Shown here in pieces: positions 51,721 through 64,000 of a stretch of 64,000 bases of DNA (positions within the stretch are counted from its first letter, which is position 1; each line of letters starts with the position of its first letter). A program made the translations under genes and the position numbers. The notes beneath the pieces are model-generated. The model ran no database searches. It saw only the letters and a program-made list of their open reading frames with translations, and was not told where the DNA came from. Source of the stretch: Eledone cirrhosa (taxonomy: Eukaryota); NCBI GenBank assembly GCA_964016885.1, contig OZ024747.1:22382001-22446000 (forward strand). The letters run 5' to 3'.

Positions 51721-51965
51721 CTTAGTGTTGTCTGAAGCCGAGGAACCGGGGTTATTCCATTTCTGTCAACAACTTACTGGCGAAACAGATCTCTTTGGAT
51801 TTGTACGTGTGTTATAGAGGTATTTATTTACGCTTTAATTTATATTTTTAATTATCGTGTCTATAGTCTGCCTTTCATAGGTTATAGATTCCATACACTG
51901 GTGGTTTTTTCCATGTTTTATTGATACGCACTGTATATCCCTCTCTAGTGTGTTACCTTTTCAAC

Positions 51966-52052
<87 letters not shown>

Positions 52053-52949
52053 ATAAAATAATATTTATTTTATTATACTTATTTCGAAGACATGTCATTT
52101 GTATAATATCTGCCCTACGTGTTTTCTTCCGACAAAAATCCATGCAAGATGTAAATATCCGTTGATATGAGATATTCGTTGATATCCGTTGATATGAGAT
52201 GTTATACAAATGAAATACATATAATAAAATAAATAGGGATGGGAAAATGATACCGCCTTTCTTGTTTATTATTATAACCCGCCGAGGTTAACTTTGCCTT
52301 TCATCCTTATGGGGTCGATAAAATAAAGTACCAGTAATACACTGGGTATTTGCTGGCCTTGTGCCAAAGTAGAAACAATTATTATAATAAAACTCGGGAT
52401 AAACATAAACTGTTGAGTGTTTGTCATTTCCTTAGTTGAATAAATATATGTATGTATATATATATACGTATATTTTCTTTAATATTGCAACATTAAAGGA
52501 ATATATCCTTCTGAAAGAATCGCGAGCAATTTATAATGTTATTTAAGCATTGGTAATGTTATTTATGTATTTATTTAAAACATATTTGGTATGTTTCTAC
52601 TGTAAATTTATTTATATGCTTTGTATATATTATATATACACAAATAATGAATCTGTATGTTAAAACATCGTTTGTATTATTCAATCAGTTTATTGAACAA
52701 CTATATATGTGTGTGTGTGTATGTATATATATGTGTGTATGTATATATATGTATATATATATATGAAGATAAATTAACGCAGCCATAGAGTCGCGTTATT
52801 CCCTGTAAATTATGTGCTCAAAGAGAAAGGAATCCTATACATATTGTATATGTATATATATGCATGTATATGTGTATATATATGCATGTATATGTGTATT
52901 TGTATATTTGTATATGTGTGTATGTATATGCAGTAGCTCCCTCAACTTC

Positions 52950-53195
52950 TTCCATCCCGTTCTTTCAGAACACCCCCCTCCGCTGCTAATTCGGTATTGT
53001 TTTTACCAAGTCCTCCCAGACTTTGATGTCACTTGTTTTCAGTGATTGTTTGCTGCTTACTGTCCAGGTGCAATTGCTACATGTAAAGCCAACATTTTTA
53101 ACTAAACTTACTGAGATCCCACTACATCTCTTGTGTACCCAAAGTTTGCATATGAGGCAGAGGATGGAGTTTCTACCTACACCCCTCCTATGTAA
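52950..53195 (-). mobile_element. LINE fragment with Cys-rich motif
   Basis: GVGRNSILCLICKLWVHKRCSGI..FTCSNC, flanked by microsatellites. Confidence 0.55.
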
Positions 53196-53255
53196 TGAGC
53201 ACACACACATACACACACACACATATATATACACACACTCACATATACATATATA

Positions 53256-54140
53256 CTAGCCGAATTACCAGCGCCTTGCTGCATTTCACACATTATTTTT
53301 GTAAGAAAATGATGATTGATTTTAAATCAGTGATATAATTTATGGAGAAAAACTCAATATTACTCAATGAAAAATATAATGCATGAAAAATTGGAAAACA
53401 TCATTTTTTGTAAATCAAAATTGCCTTATTATTAAATCAAAATTGCCTTATTAAATCTTATTCTTATTTTGTTTCTTGTAAATAATTTTTTTCAAAATAT
53501 CAATTGAAAACTTTTGTGAATAGGCATCATATCTTGTCATTTACCTATGGTTTAAGTTTCATATAAATCGAAAGGGAAAAGTTTTCAGCGGGGGTTTGTA
53601 CCCCCGGGGAACGCTAATAAGAGGTTTAACCACCATTAAGGTGTCTTATAGTATTGAAATTTTGTGAATAGGCATCATATCTCTTCATTTATCTATGGTT
53701 TAAATTGCATATAAATCGAACCGAAAAAATTTTCAGCGGGGATTTTGTGCCCCCTGGTGAACCCTAATAGGGGGTTTAACCCCCATTAGGGTATTGTAAT
53801 TTTATTGAAATTTGCTGAAATGATGTGAATAGGCATCATATCTTGTCATTTACCTATGGTTTAAATTTCATATAAATCGAAGGTAAAGTTTCAGCGGCGG
53901 TTTTATGCCCCCGATGAACCCTTTGATTAAAATGAAATATACTTATACAAGTACCCTGGGCAATGTAGTTTCAGAATATATATGGTTATGGGGGTCTATC
54001 TCCAAAACCATAGGAGGAGTTCGTAAAATCTTGTTCCATTTATTGGCCAAACTTTTCACTATAGGGCGTTTAACCCCATTAGGGTGTCTTAATATTATTG
54101 AAATTTGCACACACACACACACCAGTCGGCTTTTCTGATA
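53256..54140 (-). mobile_element. Helitron-like element with internal ~135-bp tandem repeats
   Basis: CTAG end with an adjacent GC-rich segment; 3 or more copies of gtgaataggcatcatatct...catataaatcgaa...tttcagcgg...ttaaccccattagg; (CA)n near the other end. Confidence 0.55.
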
Positions 54141-54199
54141 ATTTCCTCCGAATGAAACAGTTCTAGTCCTGTTGAAGCCATTTCTATATTAAATATATA

Positions 54200-54850
54200 T
54201 ATATACTCTTTTAGCTGTTCCAGCCATCCGGCTGAGACCATGATTGGGCACTGCCCTTGTTGCTACACATTCTATCTCCAGCCTGTGTTGGCTGGCCATT
54301 GATTTAAGAGGGAGTTCGTTGCTGCTGCCCTTAGGTTACCTTCGTACCGTGATGTGGGCTCATCCGGGATCCTGGATAACAGGGTGTCGAGAAGTTTCTT
54401 GAAAATATCCACGGCCACACCATGTAGATCTCTCAAATCCCTCGGCAGTTTGTTGAAGAGTTGAGGGCCTTTGAACCCCAGTCTATTGCAATATCTGCTT
54501 CTTGTTCTAGATGTGGAAGACGGGACCTTTGTCACCACACAGTGACGTGCTGTTCGGGGGTTGGTCCCGCTCTCAATACCAAAGTTTGGCGCTAGTCCCT
54601 CCAGGATTTTCCATATGTATATATATCACTGCGTATCTCTCCCGTCTTCGTTCCAAGGAGTAGAGTTTCAGTTCTTTTAGCCTCTCCCAGTAGCTCATCT
54701 CCTTCATCGTGCAATCCTCTTGGGGTAGCTTCGTTGGATTGTCTCAAGTTCCGTGGTTAGTTTGATACTATGGGGTGACCACAGCTGGGAGCAATAGTCC
54801 AGGCGGCTTAGGACAAATGGCCTTCGTAGTATCAACATGGTCTCCCGGTC
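54200..54850 (-). mobile_element. CR1-like LINE 3' fragment
   Basis: LSRLDYCSQLWSP, SYWERLKELKLYSLERRRER, GPQLFNKLPRDLRDL..FKKLLDTLLSRIPDEP..AATNSL. Confidence 0.75.
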
Positions 54851-55000
54851 TCTTATATAGAAAACCTCAAATAAAAAGTCAAGATTTGTTTCGATTTAAC
54901 AGAGCAGAAAGAATTCGCGTCAGAATATTCCAACCAATCCAGCCTATATCAGCTGAATAAATATGTATATGGAGATATATATATACACACCCACATGCAC

Positions 55001-55031
<31 letters not shown>

Positions 55032-55789
55032 TATATATATACACACACACACACTCAAACACACACACATACATACACGCATGATGCATACATGATGGCT
55101 GCCCCCTCGTTATCGAGTATGGCCATTGCACGATATACCATTATTAATAATTATTAATTAATTCTATCGTGCAATGCCTGTGCATGAAGATATTTTTTTA
55201 AATGAGGAAAGACTGTGCACTGAGCCAATCCCACTCTCTGAGCGACAGTAGCTATAACCCGAAAAGAAGAAAATATCAACATCATCGGTAACTACTGAGC
55301 CGCAGGTTTTATATCAGAGTTATCCTAGTTTCCTGAGTTGCCTTCTCCTAGAAGAATGCCCTGACAAAGGCTAGGGGTCCTTCACTCCCAGTGGTTTAAC
55401 CGCGCGATCGGGTGTCCAGCCCGATTATTTCTATGTCCCCGCGCATGTACATACACATGCACTCATGTATATACACATATACATATACATACATATGTAC
55501 ATGTGTATATACATATTTACACACTTTTGGATGGCCGTTGACTCTTATGAGATCTTCCGCCCTTTGTTAGGTTTTGTTTTTTGTCCTGCAGGGTGTCCAA
55601 AATCACCCTCCTCACCAAGTAAACTTGGTGGGGTTGCCAGTTTAGTTGCCGACGACCCGACCATGCGACAGGTTGTACTGGGTTACATGTTACCAATAGC
55701 ACTCAAGAGTGACCCGACATACATACATACATACTACATGATGGCTGCAAACTCGTGTTCAAGTATTGCCATCGCCCAATAAAATGTTC

Positions 55790-58160
55790 AAAAATGTGAA
55801 GCACAAATGTGACTCTTTAAACCAGCCAAATACTTGCACCCTCTGGCACACACATGGCAACTTTAGGCTCCCCCGAAACCTTCCATTGCTTTGTTCTGGC
55901 TGTATGTTCACATGTATCTTTTAAGACCTCCCATGCTTGTACATTTCTTACACCTTTTCAGATCATAATCTACATGAGGTCTACTGATATGACTTTGTTC
56001 ATGTCTAATCAAACCAGCTTTGCTCAGGCTGACTTGACCATAGTGCTGGCAAACCAGATGATGTTCAACAGCAGGCAGTTCAGAACAGTCTCAATCCTCA
56101 CCTTCCTTTTCCGACGAGTTTCAAAGTGTTCACCACCTGACTTGATCAAACGTCTCCACTTCACACGCTCGTCAGCCATTTGCTCCCATTCGTCAGATGA
56201 AATTCCAGCACAAGCCAAGGTGCGCCTGATACAGTCCCGGTACCGCCTTTTTGGTTTTAGAGAAGTTGCTTTGGAATACGATCATCAGACATCCAGACCA
56301 CGTGACTGCACCACCTCAACCGATACCGAAAGATTATGCTCTCTATAGTCACGCACCTGCTCCGTTCTAGAACTTCCAAATCACTGGCGAACATTTTCCA
56401 CCACACCCCAAGTAACTTATGAAGAGATTGTTAGTGAAATCTCTCCAGATCCTTGAAGTGCTTTCTGTATATGACCCACGTTTCACAAACATAAAGTAAA
56501 GAGGAGACGACACAAGTCAGATACACTTTCACCTTGGTTTCGATACTGATACCTCGTCTGGACCATAAACGTTGATGCAGACGTCCAAAAGCATTACTGG
56601 CTTTCTTGATTCTTAAGGATATTTCATTATCATGTGTGCATGAAGTGTTCAACGTACTACCAAGATAAACAAACTTGTCAGCAACTTTTAGCCTCTTTCC
56701 GTACACGTACACACTTGGTGCAGTGTACTCGTTTCCAGGTACTGGCTGATACATCACAAGTCTTTTCCGAGCTTATTGTGACGCCCAAAGTGCTGCAAGC
56801 TGCAGAAAAAGAGTTCATAATATGCTGCATGTCACTTTGTGAGTGTGCAAAAAGATCGCAGTCGTCTGCATACAAAAACACTCGGATTATAGATATTAAT
56901 ACTTTTGTGCTTGTACCAAAGCGCCTGGTGTTGAACAACCTTCCTGAAGTGCGATACCTGATGTAAACCCCATGAGAACAATATTTGAATGCCATGAGAA
57001 ACACTATCGTAAAATATAAGGAAAACAGAGTTGGAGCCGGAATGTCCCCCTGCTTCACTCCATTTTCAACTGATATTGGTTCAGAGATGCTACCACCAAT
57101 ACTGACCAAAGCCTTCATGTCATCATGGAAAAGATGCAGAATCTTCTACCCTACCTTGGATTTTTTTCCCACAAGGCAGTTCGATTGACAGTGTCAAAGG
57201 CCTTTGTCAAGTCAACAAAGACCTGGTAAAGGTCCATACATTGTTCGATACACTTTTCTTGCAGCTGCCGAGCAGAAACAATCATATCCACTGTTCCTCT
57301 TTCGTTTCTGAACCCACACTGCGACTCAGGCAACACATTCAGAGCAACTCTTCGGATCAATCTATCCATCAATATTCGACACGACTTTACCAACTACTGA
57401 AAGAAGGGATATGACATGATAATTGCCACATTTGTCCTTGCCGCCCTTTCCTTTATGGAGAATCACCATGAGCGCATCCTTCTTGTGGGACATTCTCATC
57501 TTCCCACACCATTTTCATGAGGTCAATCAGGCGCTGCGTGAAGTTTTCACCACCACACTTCAAAACCGCTCCACTCAGACCATCCATACCAGGAGACTTA
57601 CCACAGTTCAGCTTATGCACAACAGAAGTCCCTTCTGCAAGAGAAGATACATTAGCCATCTCATATGCTTCACTGGTTCAATAGGAATGGAACAAATGAA
57701 ATCATCATCAACTTGGGATGGCTGGTTTAAGAGCTCATCAAAGTGATCTCTCTATTTGTCGAGTGTCTTTTGGGTCACGCAGTAATTGCTTGCCATCTTT
57801 CGATCTCAAAGGGGCCACTGGAGAGCTGAAAGGGCCATACACCTCTGTGAGTAGAAAGTGCGCAGTTTCACATTGTTGCCGTCAGATGCCACTTGAACTT
57901 CATCTGCTTTGTTGCTCCACCAGGTATTTTGCATAGCCCTGAGTTTCACCTGCACTTCCTTCTTTACCTGTCTGTAACGCTCATAATTGTCACCAACAGA
58001 GCTACCACCTTTAAGAACTGCATCAAGTGCCTTTTGTTTTCTGTCTAGCAGAGCCTTGACCTCCTGGTCATTCTCATCAAACCAGTCCTTGTTTTCTTGT
58101 GACAAAGCCAAGGACCTCTGCTGAAGCCTCATAGACCGAGCTCCTGAAGTCCTTCCAGTT
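55790..58160 (-). mobile_element. RTE-clade LINE, truncated and frameshifted RT
   Basis: LPESQCGFRNERGTVDMIVSARQLQEKCIEQ..FVDLTKAFDTVNR, GVKQGDIPAPTLF, FLYADD, FVYLGS..TKVKVY..LLYVCETW. Confidence 0.9.
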
Positions 58161-58829
58161 GTTCTCATACACGCATACATACTTACATATATACATAAAT
58201 GCATACATCCATCCAGCCATCCATACATACATGTATACACACATACATACATCCATCCATCCATACGTGTATACATACATACATACAATGGTTAAAGTGT
58301 TTGACTGACGACCATAAGTTCATATTTGGGACCGGGTAGTTATTGAATCAACCTGATATCAATGTTTATTATACAGCACACTTCCTCTTTGGTATAATAT
58401 GATACATAGTAATATCTAACATAGTACCCATCTAATCTGTTATAATATGATTTACCTTTCCTCTGTGAAGGCACATGCCTTAGGGGTTACGGTACTGGAC
58501 TAACCATTATAAAGTCATGGGCTCGTTTCTTCGATCCTGCAGCATGTTGCGTCCTTCAGTAAAATACTTTAGTTCGTGTAGCATCTTCTACCAGGACTTG
58601 CGGCAGACAGATAATATCAGTAATGGAAAAAACCTTGTTTCATTAGTATGACCTGGAAATCAGTTCCACTCTATTTATCTTCTTTATTAAAGGCAATCAA
58701 ATTATTTTTTATTTTATTCTTTTTCTTATTTTTCCATGTTTGTTAAATAAATTCCAAAAAATCGAATTAAATTGAAATTTTGTAATAAAATTTCCATAAA
58801 AGTTAATGTTTACAATACAATAAAATGTA

Positions 58830-59140
58830 ATAAAATGTATTGAAGTCGACGAAATGTGGACCTTCATTTTTGAAAGATGGATAATGCTATAAGCAGACCT
58901 TACAATAGTGTACCACAATTTTCCTTTGTGCAAAAGTGGGCAGCCGAATTTAGAAAAGGATAGGGGATTCTTGAAGATGACCCAATGTCTGGAGGTCCTA
59001 CAACTGCCACTACCGAGGAAATCATTGATCTCAGTACTGCAACACCGATGGAAGAAGTGTGTGGAACGCAAGGGAGACTATGTTGAAAAATAAACCTCAT
59101 TTGGTCACATTCCATGAGAGTATCTTTGTCAACCCTCGTA
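58830..59140 (+). mobile_element. Mariner-like transposon deletion derivative
   Basis: LEDDPMSGGPTTATTEEIID fused to the C-terminal LQHRWKKCVERKGDYVEK*. Confidence 0.75.
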
Positions 59141-59175
59141 TCTATGCGCAATATACGTAAAGATACAGAATTGCG

Positions 59176-59560
59176 GGCACTACAACGCTATTAGCTGTCA
59201 TATTTGTTGGTGAAAAACTTTGATTATAAAACTTAAATTTATGAATGACTTGTTTTCTACATTGATAACCATGACTTGTTTTCTAATTAACTTAAATTTG
59301 TTTTCTAATTTGGCCCTTTTAAGGGCCACCTATATTTTCATTTAAGTAACTCCACTTACATCGATATGCTTTATAACCATGACTTGTTTTCTATTTGTTT
59401 TTTCAATTTGTTTTCTAATTTGGCCCTTTTAAGTCTTCCCTCTCTCTCAAAAAAACGCGTGAAAACTCCACTTACGCGTGGTAGTAATACGAAAATAAAC
59501 GATGTGACGTCACCTTCGCCTGTTTTCCACTGGACTGACAGCTAATAGCGTTGTAGTGCC
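59176..59560. mobile_element. MITE with 25-bp perfect TIRs
   Basis: GGCACTACAACGCTATTAGCTGTCA ... TGACAGCTAATAGCGTTGTAGTGCC. No clear TSD. Confidence 0.75.
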
Positions 59561-60243
59561 TTAGAAAATACTTAGGCGATCTCCCGTGAAGCGTAGTAAA
59601 ATGTTTTTAGAAGTTTTTCCGTTGTTGTTGTTTGTTATTTTTTGTCTTTTAGTAACTTTTAGAAGAATAAATTAAAAGTATGGCATAAAATGTTTCCCCC
59701 ACTTTAGTTAATTCTCATTTAATCACAGCCCTGCTTTGTGTATTATGTATTTTATTACAATTGTATAAATTTACAGTAGAATAACATTGCAAATATGTTT
59801 TAAATATATACATAAATAACATTACAAATGCGTAAATAACATTATAAATTGCTCGCAATTCGTTTAGAAGAACATTACAAATATAATGTTTAACAATAAT
59901 ATAAATTCATTGAGAAAAAAATGATAAAGGAAAGAAAAAAGAAGAGTGTTGAGTTTATATATTAACTGTACGCACGAGGCAGAATAAAAATTATATATAT
60001 ATGTAACTCAGCATACAAATTATAACAAAACAGAAGATAATTTAACATATATGTGACTGTTATTAACTCCAGTTTACACAGAATTTAAGTAAAGCGAGAG
60101 AAAATATTTTACTACACTTTATTTGACTGCGTTTTCAGATGTGTTCTCAAATGTTTGAACTTGTTGAAGTTAGTGAGTCAATAGAAGGCATGTATTTCAG
60201 AAATAAAATTACCTTCTTAATTTTGGTCCGCTTTATCAGCCAG

Positions 60244-60315
60244 TCCTCGGTAGTATAGTGGTAAGTATCCCCGCCTGTCACGCGGGAGACCGGGGTTCGA
60301 TTCCCCGCCGGGGAG
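60244..60315 (+). tRNA. tRNA-Asp(GTC)
   Basis: Identical 72-nt sequence with GTC anticodon and A/B boxes; T9 terminator 8 nt downstream. Confidence 0.97.
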
Positions 60316-60479
60316 GCTCATAATTTTTTTTGTGCGTGAGATGAGATTGATTGATTTTCGAGTTTAAATGTTTTGACGGATTAACTGTACATGCCAACAT
60401 TATACACATAACTACTACCCAATGACAAACTAATAAAACGGTAATGGAATGCGCAACTAGTTAGATATACGCCTACATT

Positions 60480-60745
60480 TACATGACCATGGGTAAGTCT
60501 TGGCATGAATACCGAACTGAAGATAGCGAGTTTGGCTTTTACAGCTACCTACCTTCTGATTACCGAATGCGGAAGCTGGCCCATTACTGCACCAGCACCT
60601 GCAATTCTTGCACTTATATCAGCCCTCGGTTGGTCTCGCTTGGGGATCCAACCGGATCAGTTGGGAACTTTTGCTTCTGATAGGACTCGCTGGAAGGGCT
60701 GTTTGAGGACTCTGCCCCTACGACTCTCTTAGGAATAATAATAAG
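60480..60745 (+). mobile_element. LINE 3' end remnant with (TAA)n tail
   Basis: Reads ..LGTFASDRTRWKGCL..; GC-richer than surroundings and ends in aataataataa. Confidence 0.45.
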
Positions 60746-60869
60746 GAGAAAATATAGTGAACAATGGAACGGGAACAAAACAGAGAGGCAGTACGAACAA
60801 AGGTTTATTAGTTTCACGCTCTTGAGAGTAAGGGGGGGGGGACAGCACGCTGAGACTGAATGGAATATA

Positions 60870-61058
60870 TAATTGTTTCTACTTTAGGCACAAGGCCAGC
60901 AATTATTCAGTGCATTACTGGTACTTTATTTTATCGACCCCATAAGGATGAAAGGCAAAGTCAACCTCGGCGGGATTTGAACTTAGATCGTAAAGGGACG
61001 TAACTATGCTGGAAAGCATGGCGTCCGACCCTCTACCGATACTGCCAATCCACCGCCC
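60870..61058 (-). mobile_element. Same SINE family, full-length
   Basis: Reverse complement of the 39065 unit. Confidence 0.85.
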
Positions 61059-61759
61059 TTGTGGATATATAATGCATATCGTATAGCACACGATATACGT
61101 CACATACAGCACACAATATCAACGCTAGGTTTCTGCAAATTCAAGATTGACAAATTCCGCTTGCATGGGGTCTGCAAGTTAATGGTTTTTGGCGACAGAA
61201 CAAAGGATTTACTTCTTCAGCTTGTCTTGTGTTCTTTAGCCTCTGCGGGTATGCTCTAACAGTGAATTTCACTATAGACGCGTGGCTTTCTCCAAGGGAG
61301 GTAACCCCCGCTTTGGCGGTGGATTCAAATTTGAGACAAAGGAATGAAATTCCTTTAGACAAACCGAATTAAGCACTCAACCAGAAGTTATAAACAATTA
61401 ATCAATCAATAGAATCATGTAATTAAATTAATCAGTTAATCGTTAATTCTAGGAGTTAAAATACAAATTTTAGTACAGCATTAACGAAGCTTTAGTTTGC
61501 GGCCAAGCTAACGAATGCAAATTCGGTATGTAGTTTTAGCACTCGGATGGGGATAGTACCCCAGAGTATTAACAATACGTTTAGACAGCTTAGCAAATCA
61601 AATATAGCGATCGGTAGTCCAGCCGCATTACCACAGCAACGAAAATACAGGACTCAGGAAAAGATTGTAGACTGAGGAGCCGTGGAACTAGAGAATGGGA
61701 GAGGGAGGGAAGCATACTCCCCCTAAAAAAAAATACCAAACACACAATTTATGTACATG

Positions 61760-62200
61760 TTATGTAGAGATAGATGGGAGATATAGATATAGAAAGGGTG
61801 AGAGTTTGGTGGGAATTGATATAGAGAGGGGTATTGAAAGAAAGTTCAGTGTAGTAGATATAGAGAGGGGGAGAGTTTGGTGTTAACTGATATAGAGAGA
61901 GGGAGAGTTTGGTGCTAATTGATATAGAGAGGGGGGTTGGTTTAATTGATACCGAGATATCGAGAGGGGGATTGGGAGAGAGCGTTGTATGTTTGATGTA
62001 GAGAGGGGGAAGTTTGGTGGTAATGAATAGTGAGAGAATTGATAGATATAGAGAGGGGGAGAGTTTGGTAATGATGGATAGACTGAGAGGGAATGAGAGA
62101 GAGTGTTGTACGGTAGATATAGAGAGGGGGATAGTTTGGTGGTAATTGATCTAGAGAAGAGGGTTGAGAGAGACTTCCCTGTAGTAGATACAGAGAGGTG
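61760..62200. repeat. Degenerate purine-rich minisatellite (~32-bp unit)
   Basis: Repeated gatatagagagggggagagtttggtg.taatt. Confidence 0.8.
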
Positions 62201-63263
62201 TATTGTAGTAGTGTGCGTTATTGTAGTTTCTCCCCAAACTACCTGAACACACATCCATTTGGATATGCGCTACAATTTATGTACATTTTATGTTTATGGC
62301 ATTTCGAAGTTTTTTTTTACAATTTTAGAGTGCAAAGAGCTAAACTAATCCCTATAACTAAATTGACCCCTCTCCCCTCATTCAGAAATGCTTCCACCGC
62401 CGCTGTATATGTGTATGCGTGTTCGCATACTCATAGATGCAAACTACACATATATACAGTTAAAAGCAGCAGATCGCACCCTCTCCCTTATAAAAGGAAG
62501 GACACATTGGATATATAGTCCTATATGCATTATGTCAACAGTGAAGATGGGATGGCGACGAGTAAAATGCATTTAATCATAGGGCTGTTCTATTAAGGCA
62601 TTTCTGCGGGAACCAACTTACACATACACATATTTCTATACCTTTATATATGTATTGACATTGGACTGAAATGAAAGCGTCACCCCAAGAAAAGTAAGTT
62701 GGCGTGTCTATCTGAACACGCCTCGTTCGCTATCCTCCCGTGTAACGCTTTCTCTATTTTGTCTGCTGGGACCCTGATGAGGCACATCAGAGAACGTTCT
62801 CTTATCCAGGCATATATCATTGCGGTAGCGATGGTGGTGGTCTGTTATTCTTAGTTTTATTTCTATTATTTCTATATTGTAATAATTGTTTCTACTTTTG
62901 GCACAAGGCCAGCAATTATTCAGTACATTACTGGTACTTTATTTTATCTACCTCGTAAGGATGAAAGGCAAAGTTAACGACACATGCTTTTAACATGAAT
63001 AATATACCCAAAACAACATTTGTAATCTAGTAGAAAAGGAAGTAAAGGAAAAATAAACGTGCGAGAAGAAATATAACAAAAGTTGATTGTTTAATAAATA
63101 TATTTTATATTATCCTTTAATTCCTTTCGTCTTGAAGCAACAGCCTTAACTAAAAACCATTGCAATACGCGTGAGCACTCCCTCCTATACAACATGCTAT
63201 TGCGCTAACTGCCGCACCTGCAAATAAAATTAGTTTCCTAATTTTATATCGTATGTCAGCTGA

Positions 63264-63335
63264 TCCTCGGTAGTATAGTGGTAAGTATCCCCGCCTGTCA
63301 CGCGGGAGACCGGGGTTCGATTCCCCGCCGGGGAG
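63264..63335 (+). tRNA. tRNA-Asp(GTC)
   Basis: Identical 72-nt sequence; TTTTT terminator 7 nt downstream. Confidence 0.97.
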
Positions 63336-63404
63336 GCTTATGTTTTTATTTTGTATTTATTTTTTATTGTTTTTTTGTTAATTGTAGTGATTCAAATCAT
63401 GGAT

Positions 63405-63750
63405 ATATATCAATTCCTGAGTTGTTGTATTTCCTCAGATTTAGTCCCTCTTACAAATTCTCCCCGTCTCTCCAACACTTTGATGATTTAATTATCAGTC
63501 AGCTCGAAGGCCAGGTCAATGTCTGACTCTCTCCAAAGTCCCGCGAATAGGCTGCCTTGTCCAAACGGTTTTGAGGTTTCGGTCTGCGTAAATGCTCGTC
63601 TTTGTCCCGACCTTGCTTTATTTCCTCCATCCATGCTTGCTCGCCTTTAGTGGGGGACATGGATTAGTTCCACCAGAGAGATGGATGAAGCTTTACTACA
63701 GCGGAGGGGAGCTGGGTTTGTCAATTCCCTATACTGACGAGGATAGACGG
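63405..63750 (+). mobile_element. CRE-clade internal fragment (post-RT region)
   Basis: ISIPELLYFLRFSP..FDDLIISQLEGQVNV aligns to LSVPKLLYLLRVSP..FDYLIFERLECLVNV of the 45.5-kb copy, with a clear DNA match (tcaatgt.tgactctctcca.agtcccgcga.taggctgc). Confidence 0.78.
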
Positions 63751-63779
63751 AAGCAAGTCTAGTACAGATCCATAATGAG

Positions 63780-64000
63780 AAGAAAAGAGCAAAGCACATG
63801 GGGAAAGGACAAGGACTATTAGGCAAGGAAGAAAGAGGGGAAGAGGGTGACCGACTCTACACCTAAGTCAAGTTTCGGCTGCGCTCCGCAGACAAAACTA
63901 CAAAATTTCCGCGAACTACGGTTAGCGCCACCCGCTCCAAAAGCCATCCCACCTGGCAGGGCTCCTTCCTCAGACGGGCTGTTGACGTTCCGATTTTACG
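63780..64000 (-). mobile_element. CRE-clade 3' end fragment (continues beyond window)
   Basis: Minus strand reads RKIGTSTARLRKEPCQVGWLLERVALTVVRGNFVVLSAERS, homologous to 46790-46910. Confidence 0.78.

Noticed and set aside
62770-62812. CTGATGA followed by gaacgttc
   Set aside because: Lacks GAAA, and the core pairs with the downstream catcag.
63278-63526. 82-aa ORF
   Set aside because: Chance fusion of tRNA sequence and a CRE fragment.

Overview
AT-rich eukaryotic genomic DNA, not prokaryotic. The SINE and microsatellite landscape suggests a coleoid cephalopod (octopus-like), which is an inference. The window holds three things. (1) The 3' end of a spectraplakin gene (MACF1/dystonin/Shot family, + strand): 9 coding exons covering the last spectrin repeat, 2 EF-hands, the GAS2/GAR domain and a Ser-rich tail ending in SKIP, with a 23.5-kb intron after the GAR exon. 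(2) A convergent two-exon TIMM29-like gene (- strand). (3) Three identical tRNA-Asp(GTC) genes. The rest is repeats: tRNA-derived SINEs, TTAA/piggyBac-like MITEs, Helitron-like elements, RTE/CR1/CRE LINE fragments, a mariner remnant and very long (TA)n-based microsatellites. Most ORFs in the supplied track are microsatellite artefacts. Two unexplained signals stand out. First, four near-perfect long palindromes (about 130-400 bp) lie in or next to (TA)n tracts; three carry or adjoin minimal type I hammerhead ribozyme motifs of the Penelope-like pLTR kind, and further free hammerhead motifs occur, several on the sense strand of the spectraplakin intron. Second, CRE-clade retrotransposon fragments occur only just downstream of tRNA-Asp genes. 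Candidate alternative spectraplakin exons and an orphan E-box/E2F promoter-like element are also flagged. All calls are by eye, and repeat boundaries are approximate.
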